Positions 1 to 9,820 of a stretch of 64,000 nt of DNA are shown one piece after another. Each line of letters starts with the position of its first letter. Within the stretch, counting starts at the first letter, position 1. The notes under the pieces were generated by a model, which worked only from the letters and a program-made list of their open reading frames with translations, had not been told where the DNA came from and ran no database searches. The DNA comes from Tissierellia bacterium. Its GTDB lineage: Bacteria; Bacillota; Clostridia; Tissierellales; Tepidimicrobiaceae. The stretch covers positions 10,784-74,783 of the forward strand of contig JAAYFE010000072.1 in NCBI GenBank assembly GCA_012728365.1, written 5' to 3'. A program made the translations under genes and the position numbers.

Positions 1-2
1 TT

Positions 3-494
3 ACTAATAAAACAATAACTGGAGATAGTAGAAGACAAATAAATTTTGTACAAGAATTTAATAAGGAAGAATTGATAGAGCAGTTAGTTGAAAAAGTACA
101 AATTAGAGAAGGCATTGATAAACAAGAGGTAAAAGTTAAACTTAAGCCTGATTATCTTGGTGATTTAATTTTAAAGTTGGAATCCAAGGCAGGCTCAATT
201 GAGGCTAAAATATTTGTTGACAATTATCGTACAAAAGAAATTATAGAGGCTGGTTTGTTTCAACTAAAAGAAGAATTTAAGGAAAATGGTATAGAAATTA
301 AAACTATTGAAGTCTTTATTGGAACAGGTGAAGATTTTGAAAAGGAAGAAAGAAATAGATATAGCTTTAAGAAGAAGAATAGAGTAAAATTAAAGATTGT
401 TGAAAAAATAGGAGAAGAAATTAAAATTTATGACAATAATTTCATAAACCAAAAATCAGGATTTTATGATGGGAAATTAAATCTGTTTGTTTAG
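3..494 (+). CDS. fliK: Flagellar hook-length control protein FliK, C-terminal part (5' end lies upstream of the window)
   Basis: The frame is open from base 3, so the listed TTG at 72 is internal. LKPDYLGDLILKLESKAGSIEAKIFVDN...LKEEFKENGIEIKTIEV resembles the FliK/Flg_hook C-terminal domain. The gene lies directly upstream of flgD-flgE, as in the B. subtilis fla/che operon. Confidence 0.6.
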   Translation, partial: TNKTITGDSRRQINFVQEFNKEELIEQLVEKVQIREGIDKQEVKVKLKPDYLGDLILKLESKAGSIEAKIFVDNYRTKEIIEAGLFQLKEEFKENGIEIKTIEVFIGTGEDFEKEERNRYSFKKKNRVKLKIVEKIGEEIKIYDNNFINQKSGFYDGKLNLFV

Positions 495-505
495 GAGTTG
501 GTACT

Positions 506-877
506 ATGGAAGTAAATTTTGATAATTTAAAGTATATACGCAAATTAGACGAAAGTTTGGAAAGAAAGCATGAAAATTCTAATGATATAAATAATTCTTT
601 AGATAAAGAGGCTTTCTTAAAATTATTAGTAATCCAGTTAGCAAATCAAAACCCATTAAATCCAATTGAAGATAAGGAATTTATAGCACAATTAGCCCAG
701 TTTAGTACATTAGAGCAGATGCAAAATTTAAATGAAAATGTTGCTTTAATGGCAGAAGAAATAATCTATACTATGGATTATATGCATTTAAATCAATTAC
801 AAGCAAATGCTAAAATTTTAAGCGAGTTAATAAATATTAGAGAAGCTATAGACAGTTATTTAAACTTAGATGAATAA
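506..877 (+). CDS. flgD: Flagellar hook capping/assembly protein FlgD
   Basis: LDKEAFLKLLVIQLANQNPLNPIEDKEFIAQLAQFSTLEQMQNL is the canonical FlgD N-terminal motif. A GGAG RBS precedes ATG 506. Confidence 0.85.
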   Translation: MEVNFDNLKYIRKLDESLERKHENSNDINNSLDKEAFLKLLVIQLANQNPLNPIEDKEFIAQLAQFSTLEQMQNLNENVALMAEEIIYTMDYMHLNQLQANAKILSELINIREAIDSYLNLDE

Positions 878-1274
878 TATGGAGTTGATTAATATGAATA
901 AAATCAACATTAAGCAGTTGGAGAATAGGCTAATTAATTCTCAATATCCATATAAAAAAGAAAACAAGGCTGCTGTAAAAGATTTTGGTCAAATATTAGA
1001 TAATATTAAAAGAGTAAATGAAGATATTGTTTTTTCAAAACATGCTTTAGTTAGAATGGATAATAGAAATATAGAATTGTCTAGTATTGAGTTGGAAAAA
1101 TTAAAAACTGCTATAAATAAAGCTGAAGATAAGGGAGTAAAGGATGCTTTAATATTAATTGGAGACAAGGCTTTTATAGCAAGTGTCAAAAATAAAACTA
1201 TAATTACCACTTTTAATAAAGAACAGATTAAGGAGAATGTATTTACAAATATTGATGGAGCAGTTATAGTTTAA
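870..1274 (+). CDS. Small flagellar-operon protein of unknown function (the conserved ORF found between flgD and flgE in Firmicutes)
   Basis: The call rests mainly on its position between flgD and flgE. It is Lys-rich and about 130 aa. Alternative starts are ATG 879 or ATG 894, and ATG 894 has GGAG 9 nt upstream. Confidence 0.5.
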   Translation: MNNMELINMNKINIKQLENRLINSQYPYKKENKAAVKDFGQILDNIKRVNEDIVFSKHALVRMDNRNIELSSIELEKLKTAINKAEDKGVKDALILIGDKAFIASVKNKTIITTFNKEQIKENVFTNIDGAVIV

Positions 1275-1347
1275 CCGGACCTTATTGGAGGTTAAGCATA
1301 TCTGACTGACAGAGGATATGCACTGCTCCATAAGAAGGAGGTATTTT

Positions 1348-2796
1348 ATGTTAAGATCTATATATTCAGGAGTCTCAGGTCTTAGAGCTCATCAAGCAAA
1401 AATGGATGTTATAGGAAATAATATTGCTAATATAAATACTGTTGGCTATAAGAGACAATATGTTACCTTCCAAGAGGTATTTAACCAGTTGATAAGCGGT
1501 GCTAGTTTACCACAAAATGGAAGAGGAGGAACAAACCCACAACAAATTGGCTTGGGAGTAAGTTTAGGTGCTATAAATACAATACATACACAGGGTGCTG
1601 CACAAAGAACAGATAATCCAGAAGATCTTATGATTGATGGTGAAGGTTTTTTTGTAGTAACCGATGATACAAATTATGAAAATAGATTCTATACTAGAGC
1701 TGGAAACTTTACATTGGATAGAGATGGAAACCTTGTAACTCCAGATGGCTATAAGGTTTTAGGATATAAATTTAATGAGTATGGAGAGCTAACAAGTGAA
1801 GTTGCGCCTATACAAATTAGAAGGTCAGCAACAGCACCACCAACTGCCACTAGCGGAATTGAAATAAGAGGAAATTTAGATTCAAGGGCAGAAGTAGGAG
1901 ATAAACATTATGCAGATACGGTAATTAAAGATAGTTTAGGTAATTCATATACAGTGACCTTTGAATTTAAAAAAGAAGAGGCTAATTTGGGGGAAGGCGA
2001 TGATATTATTGATGCTACAATTTGGACTGTAAGTATTAAGAGGATCACAGAACTTACTACTGGAAACTATGTGGATTTCACAGAGGAATCTGAATCAGAG
2101 GATGATGATACTGCTCCTGAACCACCTTTTATTGGTGGAGTTGACCAATTAAAATTATTCTTTGATAAAAATGGAAATTTGATTGGTGTCGAAGCTGATG
2201 AATATAAAGATTTATTAGATGAAGATGTAGAGCCTTTTACAATTAAGTTAACTAACTTAAACAGTATTAGATTCAATAAGGATAAAGATGGAAAAGATTT
2301 ACCCACAGATGTTTCACCTTCAGGTATTTTTGAAGATATTTTAATTATCGATTCAGAAAACAAAGAAACCTATGATGAAATTACCCAATATGCAAACGAC
2401 ATGGATGCTAAGCCTTTTGCTCTTGATGGAAATTCTTCGGGTAAACTTGAAGGTTATGCAGTAGATACTAATGGCATAGTAGTTGGAATATTTAGCAATA
2501 ATGAAAGAAAACCATTGGCTCAAATTATGCTTGCTAAATTTGATAATCCTATGGGGCTTCAGAAAATGGGAAACAATCTATTTATAGAAAGTAGAAACTC
2601 AGGAGAACCTCAATATGGGAGAGCTGCTTCCAATGGATATGGAACTATTGCACCTGGAACTTTAGAGATGTCAAATGTAGATTTGTCAATGGAGTTTACA
2701 GAAATGATTACTACCCAACGTGGTTTTCAAGCTAATTCCAGGATAATTACAGCATCTGATGAGATGTTACAAGAACTTGTGAACTTAAAGAGATAG
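1348..2796 (+). CDS. flgE: Flagellar hook protein FlgE
   Basis: The N-terminal rod/hook motif is MLRSIYSGVSGLRAHQAKMDVIGNNIANINTVGYK. The C-terminal motif is TTQRGFQANSRIITASDEMLQELVNLKR. AGGAGG lies 7 nt before ATG 1348, so the ORF-track start at 1318 is upstream of the RBS. Confidence 0.92.
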   Translation: MLRSIYSGVSGLRAHQAKMDVIGNNIANINTVGYKRQYVTFQEVFNQLISGASLPQNGRGGTNPQQIGLGVSLGAINTIHTQGAAQRTDNPEDLMIDGEGFFVVTDDTNYENRFYTRAGNFTLDRDGNLVTPDGYKVLGYKFNEYGELTSEVAPIQIRRSATAPPTATSGIEIRGNLDSRAEVGDKHYADTVIKDSLGNSYTVTFEFKKEEANLGEGDDIIDATIWTVSIKRITELTTGNYVDFTEESESEDDDTAPEPPFIGGVDQLKLFFDKNGNLIGVEADEYKDLLDEDVEPFTIKLTNLNSIRFNKDKDGKDLPTDVSPSGIFEDILIIDSENKETYDEITQYANDMDAKPFALDGNSSGKLEGYAVDTNGIVVGIFSNNERKPLAQIMLAKFDNPMGLQKMGNNLFIESRNSGEPQYGRAASNGYGTIAPGTLEMSNVDLSMEFTEMITTQRGFQANSRIITASDEMLQELVNLKR

Positions 2797-2849
2797 TTTA
2801 TTGAGTGGGGCTTATGCCCCCTCATAAACTCAAGAGAAGGTGGGTTCAT

Positions 2850-3062
2850 ATGATAAAGCTTAAAAGGCTAAATGGTAAAGAATTTGTTGTAAATTGTGAC
2901 TTAATTATGTTTATGGAAGAGACACCAGATACTGTTATTACATTGACAACAGGACAAAAAATTGTTGTTACTGATAGAATAGATGATATAATACATAATA
3001 TTATTAAATATAAAGCAAAAATATTGGAACACAAAGAATATCTCTTAAGAAAAGAGGTGTAG
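2850..3062 (+). CDS. flbD: Flagellar protein FlbD
   Basis: MIKLKRLNGKEFVVNCDLIMFMEETPDTVITLTTGQKIVV fits the FlbD family. It sits between flgE and motA, as in Clostridia and spirochaetes. The ATG at 2850 follows AAGGTGG. Confidence 0.8.
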   Translation: MIKLKRLNGKEFVVNCDLIMFMEETPDTVITLTTGQKIVVTDRIDDIIHNIIKYKAKILEHKEYLLRKEV

Positions 3063-3065
3063 TAA

Positions 3066-3851
3066 TTGGACATATCAAGTATACTTGGACTTATTCTAGG
3101 TATTACATTTATGTTCTGGGGTATATATGAATCAGGAGATTTAAGTGCTTATTGGAATATAACATCAATTATAATTACCTTAGGAGGAACCATAGCTTCA
3201 ACTTTAACATCATTTCCAATGAAGGACATTGGAAATGTATTAAAAGTTGCTAAAAATGCTTTTGTACATACAGAAATTTCCCTTGATAAGGTAATAACAG
3301 ATATAATTACGCTAGCTAATTTAGCTAGAAAGGAAGGCTTATTATCTTTAGAGGAATATGCAGATAATTTAGGTGACGACTTTCTTATAAAAGGGATTAT
3401 GTTAATTGTTGACGGAACAGAACCGGAGCTGGTAAGGAATATTATGGAGACAGAACTACTTTACCTTGAAGAGAGACATGCAAAGGGTCAAAAATTATTT
3501 GAGACTGCAGCTAAATTTGCCCCAGCTTTTGGAATGATAGGTACCTTAATTGGCTTGATAAATATGCTAAGAACTGTGGATGATCCTAGCACCATTGGGC
3601 CAAATATGTCTGTAGCACTAGTGACTACTTTTTATGGAGTAGTTTTAGCCAATGTTATTTTTATGCCTTTAGCTAAAAAACTAAAGTCTAGAAATGATGA
3701 AGAAATATTGGCTAAAGAATTGATTGTTGAAGGACTTTTGTCAATCCAAGCAGGGGAAAATCCAAGAATTATAGAAGAAAAGTTAAAGACATTTATTCCT
3801 CCAAGTATGAGAAAAAACTATAGAGAGCAGGCTGAAAGAGAGGGAATATAA
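3066..3851 (+). CDS. motA: Flagellar stator protein MotA
   Basis: MotA/TolQ/ExbB channel motifs are present (AFGMIGTLIGLINML, ALVTTFYGVVLANVIFMPLA). The start is TTG, 6 nt after AGAGGTG. Confidence 0.9.
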   Translation: MDISSILGLILGITFMFWGIYESGDLSAYWNITSIIITLGGTIASTLTSFPMKDIGNVLKVAKNAFVHTEISLDKVITDIITLANLARKEGLLSLEEYADNLGDDFLIKGIMLIVDGTEPELVRNIMETELLYLEERHAKGQKLFETAAKFAPAFGMIGTLIGLINMLRTVDDPSTIGPNMSVALVTTFYGVVLANVIFMPLAKKLKSRNDEEILAKELIVEGLLSIQAGENPRIIEEKLKTFIPPSMRKNYREQAEREGI

Positions 3852-4558
3852 TGATGAGGCGCAGGAGAGCAGAAGAAGATACAGGAGACAATTGGTTAAC
3901 AACCTATAGTGATATGGTTACTTTGTTACTATGTTTTTTTGTATTGCTTTATACATTTTCAACTCTTGACGTTCAAAGATTTAAGAGTGTACTGGCAAGC
4001 TTTCAGGGAGGCTCAGGGATGTTAGATGGAAGTGATACAATAATACCCGAAGAACTTAATTTAATAAAAGCTGAAGATGATTTGACCTCATTGAAGGATA
4101 TATTAGAGAATTATGCAATGATTTCAAATTTAGAAGAAGAAATAACCATCTCTATAGAGGAAAGGGGATTAATTATCAGGTTTATGGATAGGGTGTTATT
4201 TGACCCAGGGAAAGCTGATATAAAGCCTGAAGCTTATGATATACTTGATTCTATTGCGGAAATATTAAACAGTGAAGAATTTGGGAATAGATTGATAAAA
4301 GTTGAGGGTCATGCAGATACAACTCCAGTAAATCCAGCAGATGGTTTTCCTACTAATTGGGAGTTATCAGCAATTAGGGCTACCAATGTGTTAAGATATT
4401 TAGTTGAAGAAAAAAATATAGATGGAAGCAGAATTTCTTCTTCTGGTTATAGTTTTTATAGGCCTATAGCTCCTAATGATACTAAGGAGAATAAAGCCAA
4501 AAATAGAAGGGTTGATATTGTAATATTAAATTCTATCCAAGAAAAGACTGAACCATAA
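3851..4558 (+). CDS. motB: Flagellar stator protein MotB (OmpA-like peptidoglycan-binding domain)
   Basis: The N-terminal TM segment with the conserved Asp is WLTTYSDMVTLLLCFFVLL. The C-terminal OmpA-like region is NWELSAIRATNVLRYL...NRRVDIVIL. The start overlaps the motA stop (TAATG). Confidence 0.9.
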   Translation: MMRRRRAEEDTGDNWLTTYSDMVTLLLCFFVLLYTFSTLDVQRFKSVLASFQGGSGMLDGSDTIIPEELNLIKAEDDLTSLKDILENYAMISNLEEEITISIEERGLIIRFMDRVLFDPGKADIKPEAYDILDSIAEILNSEEFGNRLIKVEGHADTTPVNPADGFPTNWELSAIRATNVLRYLVEEKNIDGSRISSSGYSFYRPIAPNDTKENKAKNRRVDIVILNSIQEKTEP

Positions 4559-4577
4559 TAAAGGTGGTGTTAATGTT

Positions 4578-4991
4578 ATGAAGACTAGAAATGTTATAAT
4601 TATTTTATTAATTTTAATTGCATTACTAACTTCAATAGGTATTTTCTTAGGGGTAAGCTTGTATAATAGCAATAAAACTACTGAGAAACCTATAGAAACT
4701 TTTGCATTAACTTTAGATGATATGTATTGCGACTTAAAAGATGGTAAGGGCATTGTGAAATTGAATGTGACTATTGAAACATATAGTAAAGAAACCTTAG
4801 AAGCATTAGAAAAGAGAGTGTACTTAATTAAAAATAATATAAATGAAATTGTTAGAAATAAAACTGAGGAAGAATTAAAAGGGAAAGACGGACAAGTTAA
4901 TCTTCAAAAAGAAATAAAAGATAATTTAGTCAAAGTATTTGAAGATGATAGAATTACAAATGTATATTTCAATCAGTTTGTGATTCAGTAG
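4578..4991 (+). CDS. fliL: Flagellar basal-body-associated protein FliL
   Basis: It is 137 aa with a single N-terminal TM helix and lies between motB and fliM. The C-terminal ...ITNVYFNQFVIQ is typical of FliL. Confidence 0.7.
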   Translation: MKTRNVIIILLILIALLTSIGIFLGVSLYNSNKTTEKPIETFALTLDDMYCDLKDGKGIVKLNVTIETYSKETLEALEKRVYLIKNNINEIVRNKTEEELKGKDGQVNLQKEIKDNLVKVFEDDRITNVYFNQFVIQ

Positions 4992-5008
4992 GAGAGGAGG
5001 TAGAGTGC

Positions 5009-6001
5009 TTGTCAGATATTTTATCCCAAAGTGAAATAGATGCCCTACTTCAAGCTCTTAGTTCTGGGGTACTTGATCTTCATGAAATGAAAGAAGTAGA
5101 AAGTATACATAAAGTTAAAAAATATGATTTTAGAAATCCACAAAAAATTGCTAAGGATCAACTAATGACTTTAGAAATAATAAATGAAAATTTCGGAAGG
5201 TTCTTCCAAAACTTTTTATCTGGTTATTTACGAGTACCAGTAAAGTCTACCATATTAAGCGTTGATCAATTTGCATACAGTGAATTTACTAATGCAATTT
5301 CTAATCCAGCTTTTTTAAGTATAATAGATTTTGAACCCTTAAAGGGCCAAATATTAATTGATATATCAACTAATATAGTTTTTACCATTATAGATAGATT
5401 ATTAGGTGGAGATGGTACTGAAACCCAAGAAACAAGAACCTTTACCGAAATAGAACTATCTTTAATGAATAGTATAATGAAAAAAGCAATGCCTTTGCTA
5501 AAGGATGCTTGGGACAATGTTATTGATCTTAAGCCAAAATTAGAAAAAATTGAAACAAATCCTCAGTTTGCTCAGATAATTCCTCACAATGAGACTATTG
5601 CTCTTATTACTATGAGTCTAGATATTGGACAAAGTGAAGGAATGATGAATATATGCATTCCTTATCTTGTTATAGAACCTATACTAGATAAATTAAGTGC
5701 TAAACACTGGTTTTCTACAACAAAGGAACAATTATCAGAAAAAGAATTAGTAGAAATTAGAAATAGAATACTAAACACAAAAGTAGAAATAACGGGGGAA
5801 TTGGGTAAAACAGTTGTAAAAGTTAGTGAGATACTAAACTTACAAAGAGGTGATGTCATAAGATTAGATAATAAAGTTAGTGAGAAGGCAAAAATAAGAA
5901 TTGGATCAAATTTAAAATTTTTAGGTGATATTGGTGTATCAAACAGAAAGATGGCTATTAAGATAACAAAGGTAGTAAAGGATGGTGAAAACTATGAATA
6001 A
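5009..6001 (+). CDS. fliM: Flagellar motor switch protein FliM
   Basis: The N-terminal CheY-P binding motif LSQSEIDALL is present, followed by a FliM middle domain and a C-terminal SpoA-like domain. The start is TTG after GGAGG. Confidence 0.9.
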   Translation: MSDILSQSEIDALLQALSSGVLDLHEMKEVESIHKVKKYDFRNPQKIAKDQLMTLEIINENFGRFFQNFLSGYLRVPVKSTILSVDQFAYSEFTNAISNPAFLSIIDFEPLKGQILIDISTNIVFTIIDRLLGGDGTETQETRTFTEIELSLMNSIMKKAMPLLKDAWDNVIDLKPKLEKIETNPQFAQIIPHNETIALITMSLDIGQSEGMMNICIPYLVIEPILDKLSAKHWFSTTKEQLSEKELVEIRNRILNTKVEITGELGKTVVKVSEILNLQRGDVIRLDNKVSEKAKIRIGSNLKFLGDIGVSNRKMAIKITKVVKDGENYE

Positions 6002-7151
6002 TGAAATGAATGATATGCTTTCACAGGAAGAAATAGATCTTCTACTAAAGGGAAGTAGTAATGAAGAATCTTTGTGCTATGAAGATCAATGTATTAATGA
6101 AATGGAAAAAGATACAATAGGGGAAATAGGAAATATTAGCATGGGTACTGCTGCAACAACCTTATCAGCATTGCTAAATAGAAAAGTTAATATTACTACA
6201 CCTAAGGTAGAAATTACTACTGCCAATAAGCTAGCTGATGAATATCCAATACCTTTTGTAGCAGTAGATGTTAAATATAAAAAAGGGCTAGAAGGTTCTA
6301 ATGTGTTAATTATTAAAGAAAATGATGTTAAGATAATAACAGATATAATGATGGGTAACGAAATTGATGTAAATAGAGAATTAACCGAACTAGATTTAAG
6401 TGCAATATCTGAAGTAATGAATCAAATGATGGGCTCAGCGACAACTTCTTTATCTGAAATGTTTGCAAAAAGGATTGTTATTGAGCCGCCTAAGTCATAT
6501 AATATTACTTTTAAGGAAGGGAAAGATAAATTAGAAGTATTGCAAACTGATGGACCTATAATAAGGGTGTCATTTAAAATATTTGTGGAAGACCTTATAG
6601 ATAGTAAGTTTATTCAACTGATACCAATTGATTTTGGGATACAAATGGTAGAAAGGCTGATGGAATCTTCTAATGTTACAGAAAGCACAAATAATAAATC
6701 TTCCGTAAAAAGTGAAAATATTCCAGTAGATATACAAAATGAAAAAATGATAAGTCAGCACATGATAGATAGCTACCCAAAGGATGATTTAAGAGAATCT
6801 CAAAGTAGTGCTACAAAAGAAGAACCTGTAGTTGTTAAGGAACCTGTATTTGAGAGTTTTGATAATGAGCCAAAATCTGGCCATACTGAACCTAAAGAAG
6901 CAGGGTCAATTGACTTGGTTGGCGATATACCTGTTGAGATAACAGTCGAGCTGGGAAGAACTGTGAAAAAAATAGGAGAAATACTGGAATATGGACTTGG
7001 AACTGTCATTGAATTGGACAAACTAGTTGGAGAACCATTGAATATATATGCCAATGGCAAATATATTGCAAAAGGCGAAGTGGTTGTTATTGATGATAAT
7101 TTTGGTGTTAGAATTACAGATTTAAATAGCAAATTAAACAAAAATAATTAA
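5982..7151 (+). CDS. fliY: Flagellar switch protein FliY (CheC-like phosphatase domain fused to a FliN C-terminal domain)
   Basis: LSQEEIDLLLKG is followed by CheC-type repeats (IGEIGNISMGTAATTLS, SEVMNQMMGSATTSLS). The C-terminal FliN/SpoA domain is VEITVELGRTVKKIGEIL...GEVVVIDDNFGVRITD. The start could also be ATG 5994. Confidence 0.85.
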   Translation: MVKTMNNEMNDMLSQEEIDLLLKGSSNEESLCYEDQCINEMEKDTIGEIGNISMGTAATTLSALLNRKVNITTPKVEITTANKLADEYPIPFVAVDVKYKKGLEGSNVLIIKENDVKIITDIMMGNEIDVNRELTELDLSAISEVMNQMMGSATTSLSEMFAKRIVIEPPKSYNITFKEGKDKLEVLQTDGPIIRVSFKIFVEDLIDSKFIQLIPIDFGIQMVERLMESSNVTESTNNKSSVKSENIPVDIQNEKMISQHMIDSYPKDDLRESQSSATKEEPVVVKEPVFESFDNEPKSGHTEPKEAGSIDLVGDIPVEITVELGRTVKKIGEILEYGLGTVIELDKLVGEPLNIYANGKYIAKGEVVVIDDNFGVRITDLNSKLNKNN

Positions 7152-7169
7152 AGAAGGAGATGACAGATT

Positions 7170-7532
7170 ATGGGAAAAGGGATATTAATAGTTGATGATG
7201 CTACCTTTATGAGAATGATGATAAAGGACATATTAGAAAAAAACGGATATGAGGTAATAGGAGAAGCAAATAATGGTATAACAGCTGTAGAAAAATATAA
7301 AGAATTATCACCAGAATTGGTCATTATGGATATAACAATGCCTGAAATGGACGGAATAGAAGCAGTAAGAAAAATTAAAGAAATTGATCCTAATGCTAAA
7401 ATTATTATGTGTTCTGCAATGGGGCAGCAAGCCATGGTTATAGAATCCATACAAGCTGGTGCCATAGACTTTATAGTTAAACCCTTCCAACATGATAGGG
7501 TAATTGAAGCTGTAAAGAAGGTTTTAGGTTAA
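7170..7532 (+). CDS. cheY: Chemotaxis response regulator CheY
   Basis: This is a single receiver domain of 120 aa (ILIVDDATFMR, VIMDITMPEMDG, IMCSAMG, FIVKPF). It lies after fliY, as in B. subtilis. Confidence 0.92.
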   Translation: MGKGILIVDDATFMRMMIKDILEKNGYEVIGEANNGITAVEKYKELSPELVIMDITMPEMDGIEAVRKIKEIDPNAKIIMCSAMGQQAMVIESIQAGAIDFIVKPFQHDRVIEAVKKVLG

Positions 7533-7533
7533 G

Positions 7534-8001
7534 ATGAAGGTTGCCAAAATTGCAATTTATATATTATTGATAATTTACTTTACAAATATAACTGTATATG
7601 CAGCTGGGCCAAATTATTCATTGGGAGGATATTTACTAAAACTAATTATTTATATGGCTTTAGTTTTGTTTGTTGTTGGACTAGCTATATTGGGCACTAA
7701 ACTTTTTGCTAAAGGCTCTCAAAAATTTATAAAAAGCAAGTATATGAAAATTGTTGATATATTAAGTGTTGGAACAAATGTAAAGCTATTGATGGTTGAG
7801 ATAGGTGATTATATATATGTAATTGTTATAACTAATAGTACTGCTGAATTAATAGAAAAAATAAAGAAAGATGAATTAATAAAAAATAAAGATTTCAATG
7901 ATGAACTAACTAAATATACTTTAAACTATATAAATATAGATAAGATAAAGAAGATATTAGGCAGAGATGATAAATTTGATAGTGAGGAAGACGGAAAATG
8001 A
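7534..8001 (+). CDS. fliO: Flagellar biosynthesis protein FliO/FliZ
   Basis: This small bitopic membrane protein lies immediately upstream of fliP. The call rests mostly on position. Confidence 0.55.
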   Translation: MKVAKIAIYILLIIYFTNITVYAAGPNYSLGGYLLKLIIYMALVLFVVGLAILGTKLFAKGSQKFIKSKYMKIVDILSVGTNVKLLMVEIGDYIYVIVITNSTAELIEKIKKDELIKNKDFNDELTKYTLNYINIDKIKKILGRDDKFDSEEDGK

Positions 8002-8744
8002 AGACAAAAGTTAAAGTTTTAGTGTTAGCTACCATTCTTATATTAGTATTGACTGAATTTGTAAATGCACAACCTGAAGTTCCTTTTTTTGAAGGAATAA
8101 TTGGGAATACACCTGAAGATTATGTTTTTTCCTTAAGATTATTGATAGTATTAACTATCCTCACATTGGCACCTTCAATTTTAATAATGATGACAAGTTT
8201 TACAAGAATAATTATTGTTCTTTCTTTTATAAGAAATGCACTAGGTATGCAACAAACTCCTCCTAATCAAGTTATTATAGGTTTAGCTTTATTTTTAACA
8301 TTTTTTATTATGACACCTGTAGCGCAGGAAATTAATGCAAATGCCATACAGCCTTATACTAATGAAGAAATTAATTTTAGTGAAGCTCTAGATAGGGCAA
8401 TGGAACCAATTAGAAAATTTATGTTTAAACAGACTAGAAACAAGGATTTAGCATTGTTTTTAAATATTTCCAACCTAGAAGAAATAAACGGCATAGAGGA
8501 TGTACCCAATAACGTACTTATTCCAGCCTTTATCATAAGCGAACTAAAGACTGCATTTCAAATTGGATTTGTAATTTATATACCATTCTTAATAATTGAT
8601 ATGGTTGTATCAAGTACATTGATGTCAATGGGGATGATGATGTTACCACCTGTAATAATATCTTTACCTTTTAAGATATTATTGTTCGTTTTAGTTGATG
8701 GTTGGAATTTAATCACTAAATCCTTAATACTTGGATTTAATTAG
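7998..8744 (+). CDS. fliP: Flagellar export apparatus protein FliP
   Basis: It has a signal peptide plus conserved FliP segments ([42 protein letters not shown]). Confidence 0.95.
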   Translation: MKTKVKVLVLATILILVLTEFVNAQPEVPFFEGIIGNTPEDYVFSLRLLIVLTILTLAPSILIMMTSFTRIIIVLSFIRNALGMQQTPPNQVIIGLALFLTFFIMTPVAQEINANAIQPYTNEEINFSEALDRAMEPIRKFMFKQTRNKDLALFLNISNLEEINGIEDVPNNVLIPAFIISELKTAFQIGFVIYIPFLIIDMVVSSTLMSMGMMMLPPVIISLPFKILLFVLVDGWNLITKSLILGFN

Positions 8745-8754
8745 GAGGTTTATT

Positions 8755-9024
8755 ATGACCCAGAGTGACATATTGAAGCTTGCTCAAGATTCTATAAAAA
8801 TTGTATTAATGATATCTTCTCCAATGTTAATATTTAGCCTTTTAGTAGGATTGATTGTTAGTATAGTTCAAGCTGTAACTCAAATTCAAGAAGCTACCAT
8901 GAGTTTTGTACCTAAGATAATAGCTGTATTTTTATCTTTAATTATATTTGGGCCATGGATTCTACAAATAATTACTGAGTTTACAACGAATTTATTAACA
9001 AATGTAAATTTTTATATACAATAG
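8755..9024 (+). CDS. fliQ: Flagellar export apparatus protein FliQ
   Basis: It is 89 aa with two TM segments, and AGGAGG precedes ATG 8755. The ORF-track start at 8731 overlaps fliP and lies upstream of the RBS. Confidence 0.9.
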   Translation: MTQSDILKLAQDSIKIVLMISSPMLIFSLLVGLIVSIVQAVTQIQEATMSFVPKIIAVFLSLIIFGPWILQIITEFTTNLLTNVNFYIQ

Positions 9025-9036
9025 GTAGGAGTAATT

Positions 9037-9816
9037 ATGGATACATTTATTGAAATAATAGTAAATAAGTACGAATTATTTTTAATAATTTTTGTTAGGT
9101 GTTCGGGAATTTTTTTAATTTCACCTTTCTTCAGTTCGCAAAATATACCTAATAGATTTAAAATAGGTTTAACATTTTTTCTATCTATTATACTAACACA
9201 AGCCCTTGAAATATCTATTGGAGATTTAGATATACCTATGGCAGTCTTAATATTTAAAGAACTATTAATAGGTATAATTATAGGTTTTGTAAGTTATATA
9301 TTTTTTTCCAGTTTCTATGTAATGGGGCAAATAGTAGACATGAATATAGGATTCGGAATGGTAAATGTAGTTGATCCCCAAAATAGGATTCAGGTGCCCA
9401 TTATGGGCAATTTTTATTACATATTAGCATTTTTATTATTGCTTTCACTTGATGGTCATCATATTATTATAAATTTAATTGTTGATAGTTATGAATTTAT
9501 TCCTATAGGAGAATTTGAAATTACAGAAAAGGTAACTTACTTTATTATTAATTTAGTTTCAAATATATTTAAACTTGGCTTTAGATTGAGCATGCCTGTA
9601 TTTTTTACAATATTTCTTTTAGATATTTTGTTAGGCATTTTAGTTAGAACCATTCCACAGATGAATGTTTTTGTTGTTGGTTTACCCTTTAAAATTTTTG
9701 TAGGAATTATTATTATTTTATTGTCTTTACCAGTTTTTAATGCAATTGTTTCTAATTCCTTTAATGAATTAATTGAAGACATGGATATGTTGTTAGGATT
9801 TTTTGCAGAAGGTTGA
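9037..9816 (+). CDS. fliR: Flagellar export apparatus protein FliR
   Basis: This 259-aa polytopic membrane protein sits between fliQ and flhB and has an FVRCSGIFLISPFF-type N-terminus. Confidence 0.9.
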   Translation: MDTFIEIIVNKYELFLIIFVRCSGIFLISPFFSSQNIPNRFKIGLTFFLSIILTQALEISIGDLDIPMAVLIFKELLIGIIIGFVSYIFFSSFYVMGQIVDMNIGFGMVNVVDPQNRIQVPIMGNFYYILAFLLLLSLDGHHIIINLIVDSYEFIPIGEFEITEKVTYFIINLVSNIFKLGFRLSMPVFFTIFLLDILLGILVRTIPQMNVFVVGLPFKIFVGIIIILLSLPVFNAIVSNSFNELIEDMDMLLGFFAEG

Positions 9817-9820
9817 TAGC

